Assembly: GCA_964016885.1 (NCBI GenBank)
Contig: OZ024764.1
Location: forward strand, 3,472,001 to 3,536,000
Length of the DNA stretch: 64,000 nucleotides
Source: Eledone cirrhosa
Taxonomy: Eukaryota
Direction of reading: 5' to 3'
In this document: positions 27,844 to 43,867 of the stretch, piece after piece
Layout of the letters: every line of letters begins with the position of its first letter
How positions within the stretch are numbered: position 1 is the stretch's first letter
Position numbers and translations under genes: made by a program
Notes under the pieces: model-generated
What the model was told of the DNA's origin: nothing
What the model saw: the letters and a program-made list of their open reading frames with translations, nothing else
Database searches by the model: none

Positions 27844-27899
27844 ACTGCCTGATGAGGTCATAGCCATTCAATGGCTATCATCGAAATATATATAGCAGT
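27844..27899 (+). ncRNA. Minimal type I hammerhead ribozyme
   Basis: actgc-CTGATGA-ggtc.atagccat(tca)atggctat.catc-GAAA-tatata-TA-gcagt, then AATAAA; the 3' end (27910-27945) recurs at 56070-56104, both ending in (TA)n. Confidence 0.8.
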
Positions 27900-27948
27900 A
27901 AATAAAGGATGATGAGTTCATGCAATTGACTTATGTTTCGTCACTATA

Positions 27949-28004
<56 letters not shown>

Positions 28005-28150
28005 AAACATATATTTTGATTATGTGAATGTCTTCATTTATTAATATTCTGAATAATATTAATAACTCCAGAAAACTTCACTGTAGAGTGCTTTTAATCT
28101 ATTGTAAAACTATATTTATTGAGTAATCAATGAACCATATTAATCTTTGG

Positions 28151-28196
<46 letters not shown>

Positions 28197-28347
28197 AAAT
28201 GCTCTGAAATAGCGATATATATGTGAAGATAGACATAGAATATTCGAAAATATTCTGTATGTTTATAATAAACATTTTGAAGACCTAATCGCTATAGAAT
28301 AGAATACGTCACGTATTACAATTAGATTCTCGATAAAAGCAAGGGAA

Positions 28348-28390
28348 GTAACCTACGCGTTTCATTCTTATTAGAAATCTTCAGGATTAC
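28348..28390 (-). ncRNA. Minimal type I hammerhead ribozyme (copy 1)
   Basis: Reverse complement of 28732-28774. Confidence 0.8.
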
Positions 28391-28731
28391 ATATCCAGTG
28401 CTTTTATCGAGAATGACACAGCTAGAGACTTATAGAATACTTAGCTGTGTACAGGAACTGGTTTGAAAGAGCGGTTGCCGGTCCGGCAGAAATTAGAAAT
28501 TGGATTAAATGCTCTGAAATAGCGATATATATATGTGAAGATAGACATAGAATATTCGAAAATATTCTGTATGTTTATAATAAACATTTTGAAGACCTAA
28601 TCGCTATAGAATAGAATACGTCACGTATTACAATTAGATTCTTGATAAAAGCAAGGGAAACCAGTTCCTGTACACAGCTAAGTATTCTATAAGTCTCTAG
28701 CTGTGTCATTCTCGATAAAAGCACTGGATAT

Positions 28732-28774
28732 GTAATCCTGAAGATTTCTAATAAGAATGAAACGCGTAGGTTAC
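28732..28774 (+). ncRNA. Minimal type I hammerhead ribozyme (copy 2)
   Basis: gtaatc-CTGAAGA-t.ttct(aata)agaa.t-GAAA-cgcg-TA-ggttac; stem I extended by a 16-bp helix 28708-28723/28781-28796. Confidence 0.85.
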
Positions 28775-28894
28775 TTCCCTTGCTTTTATCGAGAATCTAA
28801 TTGTAATACGTGACGTATTCTATTCTATAGCGATTAGGTCTTCAAAATGTTTATTATAAACATACAGAATATTTTCGAATATTCTATGTCTATC

Positions 28895-28953
<59 letters not shown>

Positions 28954-29351
28954 GGAGTAACAAGTAATTGTTATATGCAGTCCACTTAAAAACCTTTTTT
29001 GTATAGCAAACCGTGTCAATCTTCTTTCCTGATTTATTATATATAACCAAAATTGTGTTTACAATTGTGTTTACAAGAAATTATGACTAATCCTTTTACA
29101 AGAAATTATGACTAAACCTTTTGACAACTAGAATCTTCCCATTGAAAAGTTCGGCTATTTATTACCACGCTAAAAATTCCAATTTAGTCCAGAAAAAGCC
29201 GTTGAAACGGCTTGAACTCTGCCGTCGGGGTTAAACTTTTTCCTATTACCCACTCTACTACCCTAGGTATTGAGTACCCTGGTGCGTTATGGCCCATCTG
29301 GTTGCTTACCACAACTCCTTATTTATATATATATATATATTCTATTCTATT

Positions 29352-29545
29352 CTAAGGCGGGTAAAATTCCCGAGATCCATGGACGAGTTCTCTCCAGCGG
29401 TCTCTGTCCCTCATTATCGCTGCCATGTCCTGCGTCTCCAACAGACCAGTGTCTGTCCTTATTGCATCAACATACGTTAACCTTGGTTTCCTCTTCTAGT
29501 GTGTCCATGTAGGGGCTCCCAAAGGAGCACTGAGTGCAATGTCAT
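29352..29545 (-). mobile_element. 3' fragment of a third RTE-like family
   Basis: Near-identical to 56347-56540. Confidence 0.75.
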
Positions 29546-29548
29546 ATT

Positions 29549-29594
<46 letters not shown>

Positions 29595-29677
29595 AAAGGT
29601 AAACAGAAATAACAACACAATCAGTACAATATATGAAAGAATATATTAGGTTAACGCTTGAAATAGCAGGAAGAGGG

Positions 29678-29713
29678 TCTTAACGTTTCGGAGGCTAGTC
29701 CTTCATCAGAAGA
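29678..29713 (-). ncRNA. Minimal type I hammerhead ribozyme
   Basis: Minus strand: tctt-CTGATGA-a.gga(ctagcc)tcc-GAAA-cg-TT-aaga. Confidence 0.7.
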
Positions 29714-29812
29714 AAGAGTGAGAAATAAGATAGATTGAAGGGACGAGCGGGGTGGAATTGGAAATAAATGTTTTTAGATAAAAATAACAGGTCCATTGAT
29801 GTTGCCATCTCT

Positions 29813-29880
<68 letters not shown>

Positions 29881-29909
29881 CATATATATATACATATATA
29901 TAGAGAGAG

Positions 29910-30242
29910 ACACATGGCTTAGTGGTTAGAGCATTGGCCTTGCAATCGAAAGGTTGTGAGTTCAATTCTCAGACCAGGTGATGTGTTGTTTCCTTGAGCA
30001 AGACACTTTATTTCACATTGCTCCAGTTTACTCAGCTGTAGAAATGAGAAGATAGGGACTGGGGTGCCTATCATTCCACTGCAAAGAGGTCGTGGAGGTG
30101 CCACGGCAAAAAAGCACCCAGCACTCACTGTAAATGAGGTTGGTGTTAGGAAGGGCATCCAGCTGTAGAAACCAAGCCAGAATCAGTTCCCGTCCCACCC
30201 TTGCAAGCAGGGAAAAAGCAGACGTAAAATAAAATGAAATGA
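29910..30242 (+). mobile_element. CORE-type SINE with RTE-derived tail
   Basis: Same family as 18149-18480. Confidence 0.85.
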
Positions 30243-30344
30243 TATGAATATATATATACACACACACATACATGTGTATGTGTATATATATATATAGTAG
30301 CCTGTATATTCCTTTCATGCCTGTATATCCTCTTCATTCTCGCA

Positions 30345-30452
30345 TACTCCGAAGAACTGACTGGTTATAATTTTGTATTGGCGATCGAGTAACGTGAAAA
30401 CAAGCGGGTAGCGATCTCTAGACCTACCAGTTCAGAGAAACAATTGTCAGCA
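30345..30452 (+). ncRNA. Type I hammerhead, CCGAAGA core variant with enlarged stem II
   Basis: tact-CCGAAGA-a.ctga.ctggt..(~60 nt)..accag.t.tcag.a-GAAA-caattg-TC-agca; its 3' tail recurs at about 28985-29040. Confidence 0.6.
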
Positions 30453-30504
30453 ATGAGATTAAAAACCTTTTTTGTATAGCAAACTATGTCAATCTTCTTT
30501 CCTG

Positions 30505-30565
<61 letters not shown>

Positions 30566-30865
30566 CACATACATGTGTGTGTGTCTAGTGATATCTGGTT
30601 ACATGACAATGTGATACGCTACGGCTCCTTGTTTCTCCCCAGACCCAGCTCTCTTCAGTCTCATTAACCCCCTCATAACCACCCCCTAAGCACCACACTG
30701 CAGTGTAAAGGGGATACATTCCCTAAACTAATGATCTATCAGTTCTAATTAGTAAAAGTCTTCGTTATAATTAATAGGAAGAATTCCTTTCTCAACTTTA
30801 ACACAATTTCTCCCCACTTTTAATACCATCGGGTTTTTGCATTTGCATATTATCATTATTATTAT

Positions 30866-31592
30866 TGGCAGTATCTGTAGAGCGTCGGACAACATGCTTT
30901 GCAGCAAAGAGTTATGGCCCTTTATGATCTGAGTTCAAATCCCGCCGAGGTTAACTTTGCCTTTCATCCTTACGGGGGTCGATAAAATAAAGTACCAGTA
31001 ATACACTGGGGTAATTGCTGGCCTTGTGCCTAAAGTAGAAACAATTAATACGGGGTCGATAAAATAAAGTACCAGTAATGCGCTGAGGGAATTGCTGGCC
31101 TTGTGCCAAAAGTAGAAACAATTAATACGGGGTCGATAAAATAAAGTACCAGTAATACACGGGGATAATTGCTGGCCTTGTGCCTAAAGTAGAAACAATT
31201 ATTACGGGGGTTGATAAAATAAAGTACCAGTAATACACTGGTATAATTGCTGGCCTTCTGCCAAAAGTAGAAACAATTAATACGGGGTCGATAAAATAAA
31301 GTACCAGTAATACACGGGGATAATTGCTGGCCTTGTGCCTAAAGTAGAAACAATTATTACGGGGGTTGATAAAATAAAGTACCAGTAATACACTGGTATA
31401 ATTGCTGGCCTTCTGCCAAAAGTAGAAACAATTAATACGGGGTCGATAAAATAAAGTACCAGTAATACACGGGGATAATTGCTGGCCTTGTGCCTAAAGT
31501 AGAAACAATTATTACGGGGGTTGATAAAATAAAGTACCAGTAATACACTGGGGTAATTGCTGGCCTTGTGCCTAAAGTAGAAATAGTTATTG
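30866..31592 (+). mobile_element. Deu/Nin-like SINE whose 3' ~77 bp is tandemly amplified about 8 times
   Basis: ggggtcgataaaataaagtaccag recurs with ~77-bp period (31052/31129). Confidence 0.85.
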
Positions 31593-31632
31593 TTCTTGGT
31601 GTGTCTCATCTTTTTGTAATGTTACACTTTAG

Positions 31633-31663
31633 TTACACACACATATCTACACATAAATATATA

Positions 31664-31699
<36 letters not shown>

Positions 31700-31712
31700 A
31701 ATATATAGACAC

Positions 31713-31743
<31 letters not shown>

Positions 31744-33358
31744 TCAACACATAAATATATAGACACACACACACACACATCTACACATATATACATAGAC
31801 ACACACACACACACACACATCTACACATAAATATATAGACACACACACACACACAAACATCTACACACAAATATATAGACACACACACACACATCTACAC
31901 ATAAATATATAGACACAGTCACACACACACATCTACACATAACTATATAGACACACACACACACACACATACACACACACATAGACACACACACACACAT
32001 CTACACATAAATATATAGACACACACACACATCTACACATAAATACATAGACACACACACACACATCTACACATAAATACATAGACACACACACACACAC
32101 ATCTACATATAAATATATAGACACACACACACACACATATCTACACATAAATATATAGACACACACACACACACATCTACACATAAATATATAGACACAC
32201 ACACACACACACATCTACACATAAATATATAGACACACACACACACACACACATCTACACATAAATATATAGACACACACACACACACACAGATCTACAC
32301 ATAAATATATAGACACACACACACACACATCTACACATAAATATATAGACACACACACACACACACATCTACACATAAATATATAGACACACACACACAC
32401 ACACACATATCTACGCATAAATATATAGACACACACACACACATATCTACACATAAATATATAGACACACACACACACACACACATCTACACATAAATAT
32501 ATAGACACACACACACACACATATCTACACATAAATATATAGACACACACACACACACATCTACACATAAATATATAGACACACACACACACGCACACAT
32601 CTACACATAAATATATAGACACACACACACACACACACATCTACACATAAATATATAGACACACACACACATCTACACATAAATATATAGACACACACAC
32701 ACACACATCTACACATAACTATATAGACACACACACACACACATCTACATCTACACATAAATATATAGACACACACACACACACACACACACATCTACAC
32801 ATAAATATATAGGCACACACACACACATCTACACATACATACATAGACACACACACACACACATCTACACATAACTATATAGACACACACACACACACAC
32901 ACACATCTACACATAAATATATAGACACACACACACACACATCTACACATACATACATAGACACACACACACACACATCTACACATAACTATATAGACAC
33001 ACACACACACACCTACACATAAATATACAGACACACACACACAAACACACACACATCTACACATAAATACATAGACACACACACACACATCTACACATAA
33101 CTATATAGACACACACACACACATCTACACATAAATATATAGACACACACACACACATCTACACATAAATATATAGACACACACACACACATCTACACAT
33201 AAATATATAGACACACACACACACACACATCTACACATAAATATATAGACACGCATACACACACACACATCTACACAAATATATAGACACACACACACAC
33301 ACATCTACACATAAATACATAGACACACACACACACACATCTACACATAAATACATAG

Positions 33359-33389
<31 letters not shown>

Positions 33390-34643
33390 AATACATAGAC
33401 ACAGACACACACACACACATCTACACATAAATACATAGACACACACACACACATACACACATCTACACATAAATATATAGACACACACACACACACACAC
33501 ACATCTACACATAAATATATAGACACACACACACACACACATCTACACATAAATATATAGACACACACACACACACACACATTTACACATAAATATATAG
33601 ACACACACACACAGATCTACACATAAATATATAGACACACACACACACACATCTACACATAAATATATAGACACACACACACACACATCTACACATAAAT
33701 ATATAGACACACACACACACACATATCTACACATAAATATATAGACACACACACACACACATCTACACATAAATATATAGACACACACACACACACACAC
33801 ATCTACACATAAATATATAGACACACACACACACACACATATCTACACATAAATATATAGACACACACACACACACATCTACACATAAATATATAGACAC
33901 ACACACACACACACACATCTACACATAAATATATAGACACACACACACACACACACATCTACACATAAATATATAGACACACACACACATCTACACATAA
34001 ATATATAGACACACACACACACACATCTACACATAACTATATAGACACACACACACACACATCTACATCTACACATAAATATATAGACACACACACACAC
34101 ACATCTACACATAAATATATAGACACACACACACACACATCTACACATAAATACATAGACACACACACACACACACACACATCTACACATAACTATATAG
34201 ACACACACAGACACACACACACATCTACACATAAATATATAGACACACACACACACACATCTACACATACGTACATAGACACACACACACACACATCTAC
34301 ACATAACTATATAGACACACACACACACACCTACACATAAATATACAGACACACACACACAAACACACACACATCTACACATAAATACATAGACACACAC
34401 ACACACATCTACACATAACTATATAGACACACACACACACATCTACACATAAATATATAGACACACACACACACATCTACACATAAATATATAGACACAC
34501 ACACACATCTACACATAAATATATAGACACACATACACACACACACACACACACATCTACACATAAATACATAGACACACACACACACATCTACACATAA
34601 ATATATAGACACACACACACACACACATCTACACAAATATATA

Positions 34644-34676
<33 letters not shown>

Positions 34677-36570
34677 CTACACATAAATATATAGACACAC
34701 ACACACACACATCTACACATAAATATATAGACACACACACACACACACACATACACACACACACACATCTACACATAAATACATAGACACACACACACAC
34801 ATCTACACATAAATATATAGACACACACACACGCACACACATCTACACATAAATACATAGACACACACACACACACACACACATCTACACATAAATATAT
34901 AGACACACACACACACATCTACACATAAATATATAGACACACACACACACACATCTACACATAAATATATAGACACACACACACACACACATCTACACAT
35001 AAATATATAGACACACATACACACACACATCTACACATAAATACATAGACACACACACACACATCTACACATAAATATATAGACACACACACACACACAC
35101 ACATCTACACATAAATATATAGACACACACACACACACACATCTACACATAAATATATAGACACGCATACACACACACACATCTACACATAAATATATAG
35201 ACACACACACACACACACATCTACACATAAATACATAGACACACACACACACACATCTACACATAAATACATAGACACACACACACACACACACACACAT
35301 CTACACATAAATATATAGACACACACACACACACATCTACACATAAATACATAGACACAGACACACACACACACATCTACACATAAATACATAGACACAC
35401 ACACACACACATATCTACACATAAATATATAGACACACACACATCTACACATAAATATATAGACACACACACACACACACACACATACACTTCTACACAT
35501 AAATATATAGACACACACACACAGACACACACACATCTACACATAAATATATAGACACACACACACACACATCTACACATAAATATATAGACACACACAC
35601 ACACACACATCTACACATAAATATATAGACACACACACACACACACACACATCTACACATAGATATATAGACACACACACACACACACATCTACACATAA
35701 ATACATAGACACACACACACACACACACATCTACACATAAATATATAGACACACACACACATCTACACATAAATACATAGACACACACACACACACATCT
35801 ACACATAAATATATAGACACACACACACACATATCTACACATAAATATATAGACACACACACACACACACATCTACACATAAATATATAGACACACACAC
35901 ACACAATCTACACATAAATATATAGACACACATACACATCTACACATAAATACATAGACACACACACACACACATCTACACATAAATATATAGACACACA
36001 CACACACACACACACATCTACACATAAATATATAGACACACACACACACATCTACACATAAATATATAGACACACACACACACACATCTACACATAAATA
36101 CATAGACACAGACACACACACACACATCTACACATAAATACATAGACACACACACACACATACACACATCTACACATAAATATATAGACACACACACAGA
36201 CACACACACATCTACACATAAATACATAGACACACACACACACATACACACATCTACACATAAATATATAGACACACACACATCTACACATAAATATATA
36301 GACACACACACACACACACAGATCTACACATAAATATATAGACACACACACACACACACATCTACACATAAATATATAGACACACACACACACACACACA
36401 TCTACACATAAATATATAGACACACACACACACACATATCTACACATAAATATAGACACACACACACACATATCTACACATAAATATATAGACACACACA
36501 CACACACACACACATCTACACATAAATATATAGACACACACACACACACATATCTACACATAAATATATA

Positions 36571-36609
<39 letters not shown>

Positions 36610-39600
36610 CTACACATAAATATATAGACACACACACACATCTACACATAAATATATAGACACACACACACACACACACACATCTACACATAAATATAGA
36701 CACATACACACACATATCTACACATAAATATATAGACACACACACACGCACACACACATCTACACATAAATACATAGACACACACACACACACACACATC
36801 TACACATAAATATATAGACACACACACACACCCACATCTACACATAAATACATAGACACACACACACACACATATCTACACATAAATATATAGACACACA
36901 CACACACACACACACACACATCTACACATAAATATATAGACACACACACACACATCTACACATAAATATATAGACACACACACACACACACACACATCTA
37001 CACATAAATATATAGACACACACACACACACATCTACACATAAATATATAGACACACACACACACACACACATCTACACATAAATATAGACACACACACA
37101 CACATCTACACATAAATATATAGACACACACGCACACATATCTACACATAAATATATAGACACACACACACACACATCTACACATAAATATATAGACACA
37201 CACACACACACACATCTACACATAAATATATAGACACACACACACACACACACACATCTACACATAAATATATAGACACACACACACACACACAGATCTA
37301 CACATAAATATATAGACACACACACACACAATCTACACATAAATATATAGACACACATACACACACACATCTACACATAAATACATAGACACACACACAC
37401 ACATCTACACATAAATATATAGACACACACACACACACACATCTACACATAAATACATAGACACACACACACACACACATCTACACATAAATATATAGAC
37501 ACACACACACACACACAAACATCTACACACAAATATATAGACACACACACACACATCTACACATAAATATATAGACACACAGTCACACACACACATCTAC
37601 ACATAACTATATAGACACACACACACACATCTACACATAAATATATAGACACACACACACATCTACACATAAATACATAGACACACACACACACATCTAC
37701 ACATAAATACATAGACACACACACATCTACACATAAATATATAGACACACACACACACACATCTACACATAAATATATAGACACACACACACACACATCT
37801 ACACATAAATATATAGACACACACACACACACACACATCTACACATAAATATATAGACACACACACACACACATCTACACATAAATATATAGACACACAC
37901 ACACACACACAGATCTACACATAAATATATAGACACACACACACATACACATCTACACATAAATATATAGACACACACACACACACACACATCTACACAT
38001 AAATATATAGACACACACACACACACATATCTACACATAAATATAGACACACACACACACATATCTACACATAAATATATAGACACACACACACACACAC
38101 ACACACACATCTACACATAAATATATAGACACACACACACACACATATCTACACATAAATATATAGACACACACACACACATCTACACATAAATATATAG
38201 ACACACACACACACACACACACACATCTACACATAAATATATAGACACACACACACACACACAGATCTACACATAAATATATAGACACACACACACACAT
38301 CTACACATAAATATATAGACACACACACACACACACACATCTACACATAAATATATAGACACACACACACACACACACACATATCTACACATAAATATAT
38401 AGACACACACACACATCTACACATAAATATATAGACACACACACACACACACACACATCTACACATAAATATAGACACATACACACACATATCTACACAT
38501 AAATATATAGACACACACACACACACACATCTACACATAAATATATACACACACACACATGCACACACACATCTACACATAAATACATAGACACACACAC
38601 ACACACACACACATCTACACATAAATATATAGACACACACACACACCCACATCTACACATAAATACATAGACACACACACACACACATATCTACACATAA
38701 ATATATAGACACACACACACACACACACACACATCTACACATAAATATATAGACACACACACACACATCTACACATAAATATATAGACACACACACACAC
38801 ACATCTACACATAAATATATAGACACACACACACACACATCTACACATAAATATATAGACACACACACACACACATCTACACATAACTATATAGACACAC
38901 ACACACACACATCTACATCTACACATAAATATATAGACACACACACACACACACACATCTACACATAAATATAGACACACACACACACACATCTACACAT
39001 AAATATATAGACACACACACACACATATCTACACATAAATATATAGACACACACACACACACATCTACACATAAATATATAGACACACACACACACACAC
39101 ACACATCTACACATAAATATATAGACACACACACACACACATCTACACATAAATATATAGACACACACACACACACATAGATCTACACATAAATATATAG
39201 ACACACACACAATCTACACATAAATATATAGACACACATACACACACACATCTACACATAAATACATAGACACACACACACACATCTACACATAAATATA
39301 TAGACACGCACACACACACACACATTTACACATAAATATATAGACACACACACACACATCTACACATAGATATATAGACACACACACACACACACATCTA
39401 CACATAAATACATAGACAGACACACACACACACACACATCTACACATAAATACATAGAAACACACACACACATACACACATCTACACATAAATATATAGA
39501 CACACACACACATCTACACATAAATATATAGACACACACACACACACACATCTACACATAAATATATAGACACACACACACACATCTACACATAAATATA

Positions 39601-40390
39601 TAGACACACACAAACACACACACATCTACACATAAATATATAGACACACACACACACACACATCTACACATAAATATATAGACACACACACACATCTACA
39701 CATAGATATATAGACACACACACACACACACATCTACACATAAATACATAGACACACACACACACACATCTACACATAAATATATAGACACACATACACA
39801 CACATCTACACATAAATACATAGACACACACACACACACACATCTACACATAAATATATAGACACACACACACACACATCTACACATAAATACATAGACA
39901 CACACACACACACACACACATCTACACATAAATACATAGAAACACACACACACACACACACATCTACACATAAATATATAGACACGCACACACACACACA
40001 CATTTACACATAAATATATAGACACACACACACACATCTACACATAGATATATAGACACACACACACACACACATCTACACATAAATACATAGACAGACA
40101 CACACACACACACACATCTACACATAAATACATAGAAACACACACACACATACACACATCTACACATAAATATATAGACACACACACACATCTACACATA
40201 AATATATAGACACACACACACACACACATCTACACATAAATATATAGACACACACACACACATCTACACATAAATATATAGACACACACAAACACACACA
40301 CATCTACACATAAATGTATAGACACACACACACACACACATCTACACATAAATATATAGACACACACACACATCTACACATAGATATATA

Positions 40391-40431
<41 letters not shown>

Positions 40432-41070
40432 CTACACATAAATATATAGACACACACACACACACACACATCTACACATAAATATATAGACACACACACA
40501 CACACACATCTACACATAAATATATAGACACACAGTCACACACACACATCTACACATAAATACAGACACACACACACACATCTACACATAAATATATAGA
40601 CACACACACACACACATCTACACATAAATATATAGACACACACACACACACATCTACACATAAATATATAGACACACACACACACATCTACACATAAATA
40701 CATAGACACACACACACACATCTACACATAACTATATAGACACACACACACACACACATCTACACATAAATACATAGACACACACACACACACACACATC
40801 TACACATAAATATATAGACACACACACACACACATCTACACATAAATACATAGACACACACACACACATCTACACATAAATACATAGACACACACACACA
40901 CACACACACACATCTACACATAAATATATAGACACACACACACACACATCTACACATAAATACATAGACACACACACACATCTACACATAAATACATAGA
41001 CACACACACACACATACACACATCTACACATAAATATATAGACACACACACAGCTACACATAAATATATA

Positions 41071-41107
<37 letters not shown>

Positions 41108-41170
41108 CTACACATAAATATATAGACACACACACACACACACACACACATCTACACATAAATATATAGA
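31633..41170. repeat. 9.5-kb compound satellite TCTACACATAAATA(T/C)ATAGA-(CA)n
   Basis: Constant ~20-nt core with variable (CA)n spacer throughout. Confidence 0.97.
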
Positions 41171-41232
41171 CACACACACACACACACACATCTACACATA
41201 AATATATATATATATATATATATATGTATATG

Positions 41233-41278
<46 letters not shown>

Positions 41279-41486
41279 GGTATATATATATATATATATG
41301 TATGTATATATATATATGTACAGTCATACTCGTTCAGCGCATCGGTAGGGGTTCTCCTACATGGATATAAAGTAGTGGCCGTGCTCGAAAACGAGTTGGC
41401 AGCCACCATATATATATGTATGTATGTATATGTATGTATATATATATGTATGTATATATATATGTATGTATATATATATGTATATA

Positions 41487-43518
41487 CAGTGTTAGTCGAG
41501 GGGAGTATAATAAGTAAGGCAATCAAGGATATGAAGACGGGTAAGGCGGCTGGGCCTTCGGAAATAGTTGCTGAGATGCTGAAGGCATCTCGCACGGTGG
41601 GACACACCATGGTCACCCGCATAGTTAACCAAGTCGTACAGAATGGGGTTGTTCCGAAGGACTGGCATAGCAGCATCATCGTTAACTGTTATAAGGGTAA
41701 AGGAGACGCCCTAGATAGGAGTAACTATAGAGGCATTAAATTAATCGACCAGGTCATGAAGGTCACGGAAAAAGTAATAGCGCAACTAATCAGAGAGAGA
41801 ATTGACCTAGATGAAATGCAGTTCGGGTTTGTGTCAGGCAAAAGCACCACAGACGCCCTTTTCATAGTACGACAACTACAGGAGAAGTACCTAGCTAAAG
41901 GTAGACCCCTCTACTTAGCTTTTGTCGACCTGGAGAAAGCCTTCGACAGAGTCCCCCGCTCCATTATTTGGTGGGCTCTTAGAAAACTAGGCGTTGACGA
42001 ATGGCTTGTGAGGGCTATACAAGCCATGTATAAAGAAACAGTCAGCAAGGTTAGAATTAACAACGAATATAGTGAAGAGTTTAGCGTAAAAGTTGGCGTC
42101 CATCAGGGCTCTGTTCTCAGCCCCCTACTATTTATTATTGCCCTTCAGGCTATAACAGAGGAGTTCAAGACAGGCTGCCCATGGGAACTCCTATACGCAG
42201 ACGACCTGACACTCATAGCGGAATCAATGGCCGAGCTAGAGAAGAAATTCCAAACATGGAAGCACGGCCTAGAGTCAAAAGGACTTAAAATTAACCTGGC
42301 TAAGACCAAAGTTCTAGTTTGTAGGAAAGAAAACAAGGCGGCGGTCCCTTCTGGGAAATGGTCGTGCTCGGTGTGTAGGAAAGGCGTAGGTAGAAACTCC
42401 ATTTTATGTCCTAAATGCAAAGTATGGGTGCATAAAAGATGTAGTGGGATCACAGGTAAGCTAACTAAGAACATAGATTTTACATGTGGCCGGTGTTCTG
42501 GTGCAATAAGTAGCAGCAAGTGCCCACAAAATACTAGCTCTTTCAATTGCGCAGAGGGTTCTATAGAAATAGTGGACAGCTTCCGTTACCTGGGCGATAA
42601 AATCAGCAGTGGGGGAGGGTGCTCTGAAAGTACTGTAGCTAGAGTCAGAACTGGATGGAAAAAGTTCAGAGAGCTTATACCACTATTAGCTGCTAAAGGG
42701 TTCTCCCTAAAAATGAAAGGCAGGTTGTACGATGCCTGCATACGAACAGCAATGTTGCATGGTAGTGAGACCTGGGCATTGTGTGCAGAGGATATACGCA
42801 GACTAGAGAGGAACGAAGCTTGCATGCTCCGCTGGATGTGTAACAGTAATATACGTGAACGGCAAAGCATAAACGAACTAAGGAAAAAATTAGAGATAAG
42901 AGGGATCAGATGTTGTTTACTCGAGAGAAGGCTGCGTTGGTATGGACACGTGATGCGCATGAAAGTCGATAGCTGTATAACAAAGTGCAGGGCAATAAAG
43001 ATAGACGGTAGCCACGGAATAGGCAGACCTAGAAAAACATGGGATGAGCTGATAAACTCCGACCTCACACACTTCACCTCTCCAAGACAATGTCACTGGA
43101 CCGAGACCTTTGGCGGTACTCAGTAACAGAGAAGACCCGCCTTGCCAGTAGGCATCTCTAACAAAATACACCCCGTCCCGCCACCACCCCCACCCCACCC
43201 ACACCACCCCGTTCTATGTAAAGTTATGTTGGTGCCGCGCCATCCAGGCCGAAACAAATGACATCGTGTAGGTGTCACGACAAAAAAACACACAGTCCAC
43301 GCTGTAATGTGGCCGTGTAGGCAACACGGTAAAAACCTCCCAGACCCACACTGTAAATGTGGTTGGTGTTAGGAAGGGCATCCAACTGTAGAAAACCTGC
43401 CAGACAGTCCTATGCGAGCATGACAATCACTCTTGCCTCAAGTGGGACTACCCCCGTCCAAACCCATGCAAGCGTGGAACACGGACGTTAAACGTTGATG
43501 ATGATGATGATGATGATG
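41487..43518 (+). mobile_element. 5'-truncated RTE-clade LINE: complete RT domain, Cys-rich (PHD-like) insert, 3' UTR, (GAT)n tail
   Basis: ORF 41264-43126: [55 protein letters not shown]; no endonuclease domain; frameshift near the C-terminus; the N-terminal part of the ORF is microsatellite read-through. Confidence 0.95.
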
Positions 43519-43620
43519 TATATATATATGTATGTATGTATATATATATGTATGTATGTATGTATATATATATATATGTATGTATGTATATATATATATA
43601 TATGTATGTATGTATGTATG

Positions 43621-43655
<35 letters not shown>

Positions 43656-43796
43656 GTATGTATGTATATATATATATGTATGTACATATATATGTATGTA
43701 TGTACATATATATGTATGTATGTACATATATATGTATGTATGTACATGTATATGTATGTATATATATATGTATATATATATGTATGTATGTATGTA

Positions 43797-43832
<36 letters not shown>

Positions 43833-43867
43833 TGTATTATGTATGTATGTATGTATGTATGTATTAT

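Larger units (their letters stand above)
28189..28899. mobile_element. Retrozyme-like element: 310-bp tandem unit (1.5 copies, minus sense) plus an inverted copy
   Basis: tggattaaat at 28191 and 28501; 28658-28899 is the reverse complement of about 28224-28464; hammerhead in the unit; (TA)n on both flanks. Confidence 0.85.

Noticed and set aside
30625-30665. Minus-strand CTGAAGA..GAAAC, and a plus-strand splice-acceptor-like tract
   Set aside because: No stem II or stem I pairing and no UH site; no supported exon follows
31633-41170. CRISPR-like repeat/spacer appearance
   Set aside because: Spacers are (CA)n rather than unique sequence, there are no cas genes, and the context is eukaryotic
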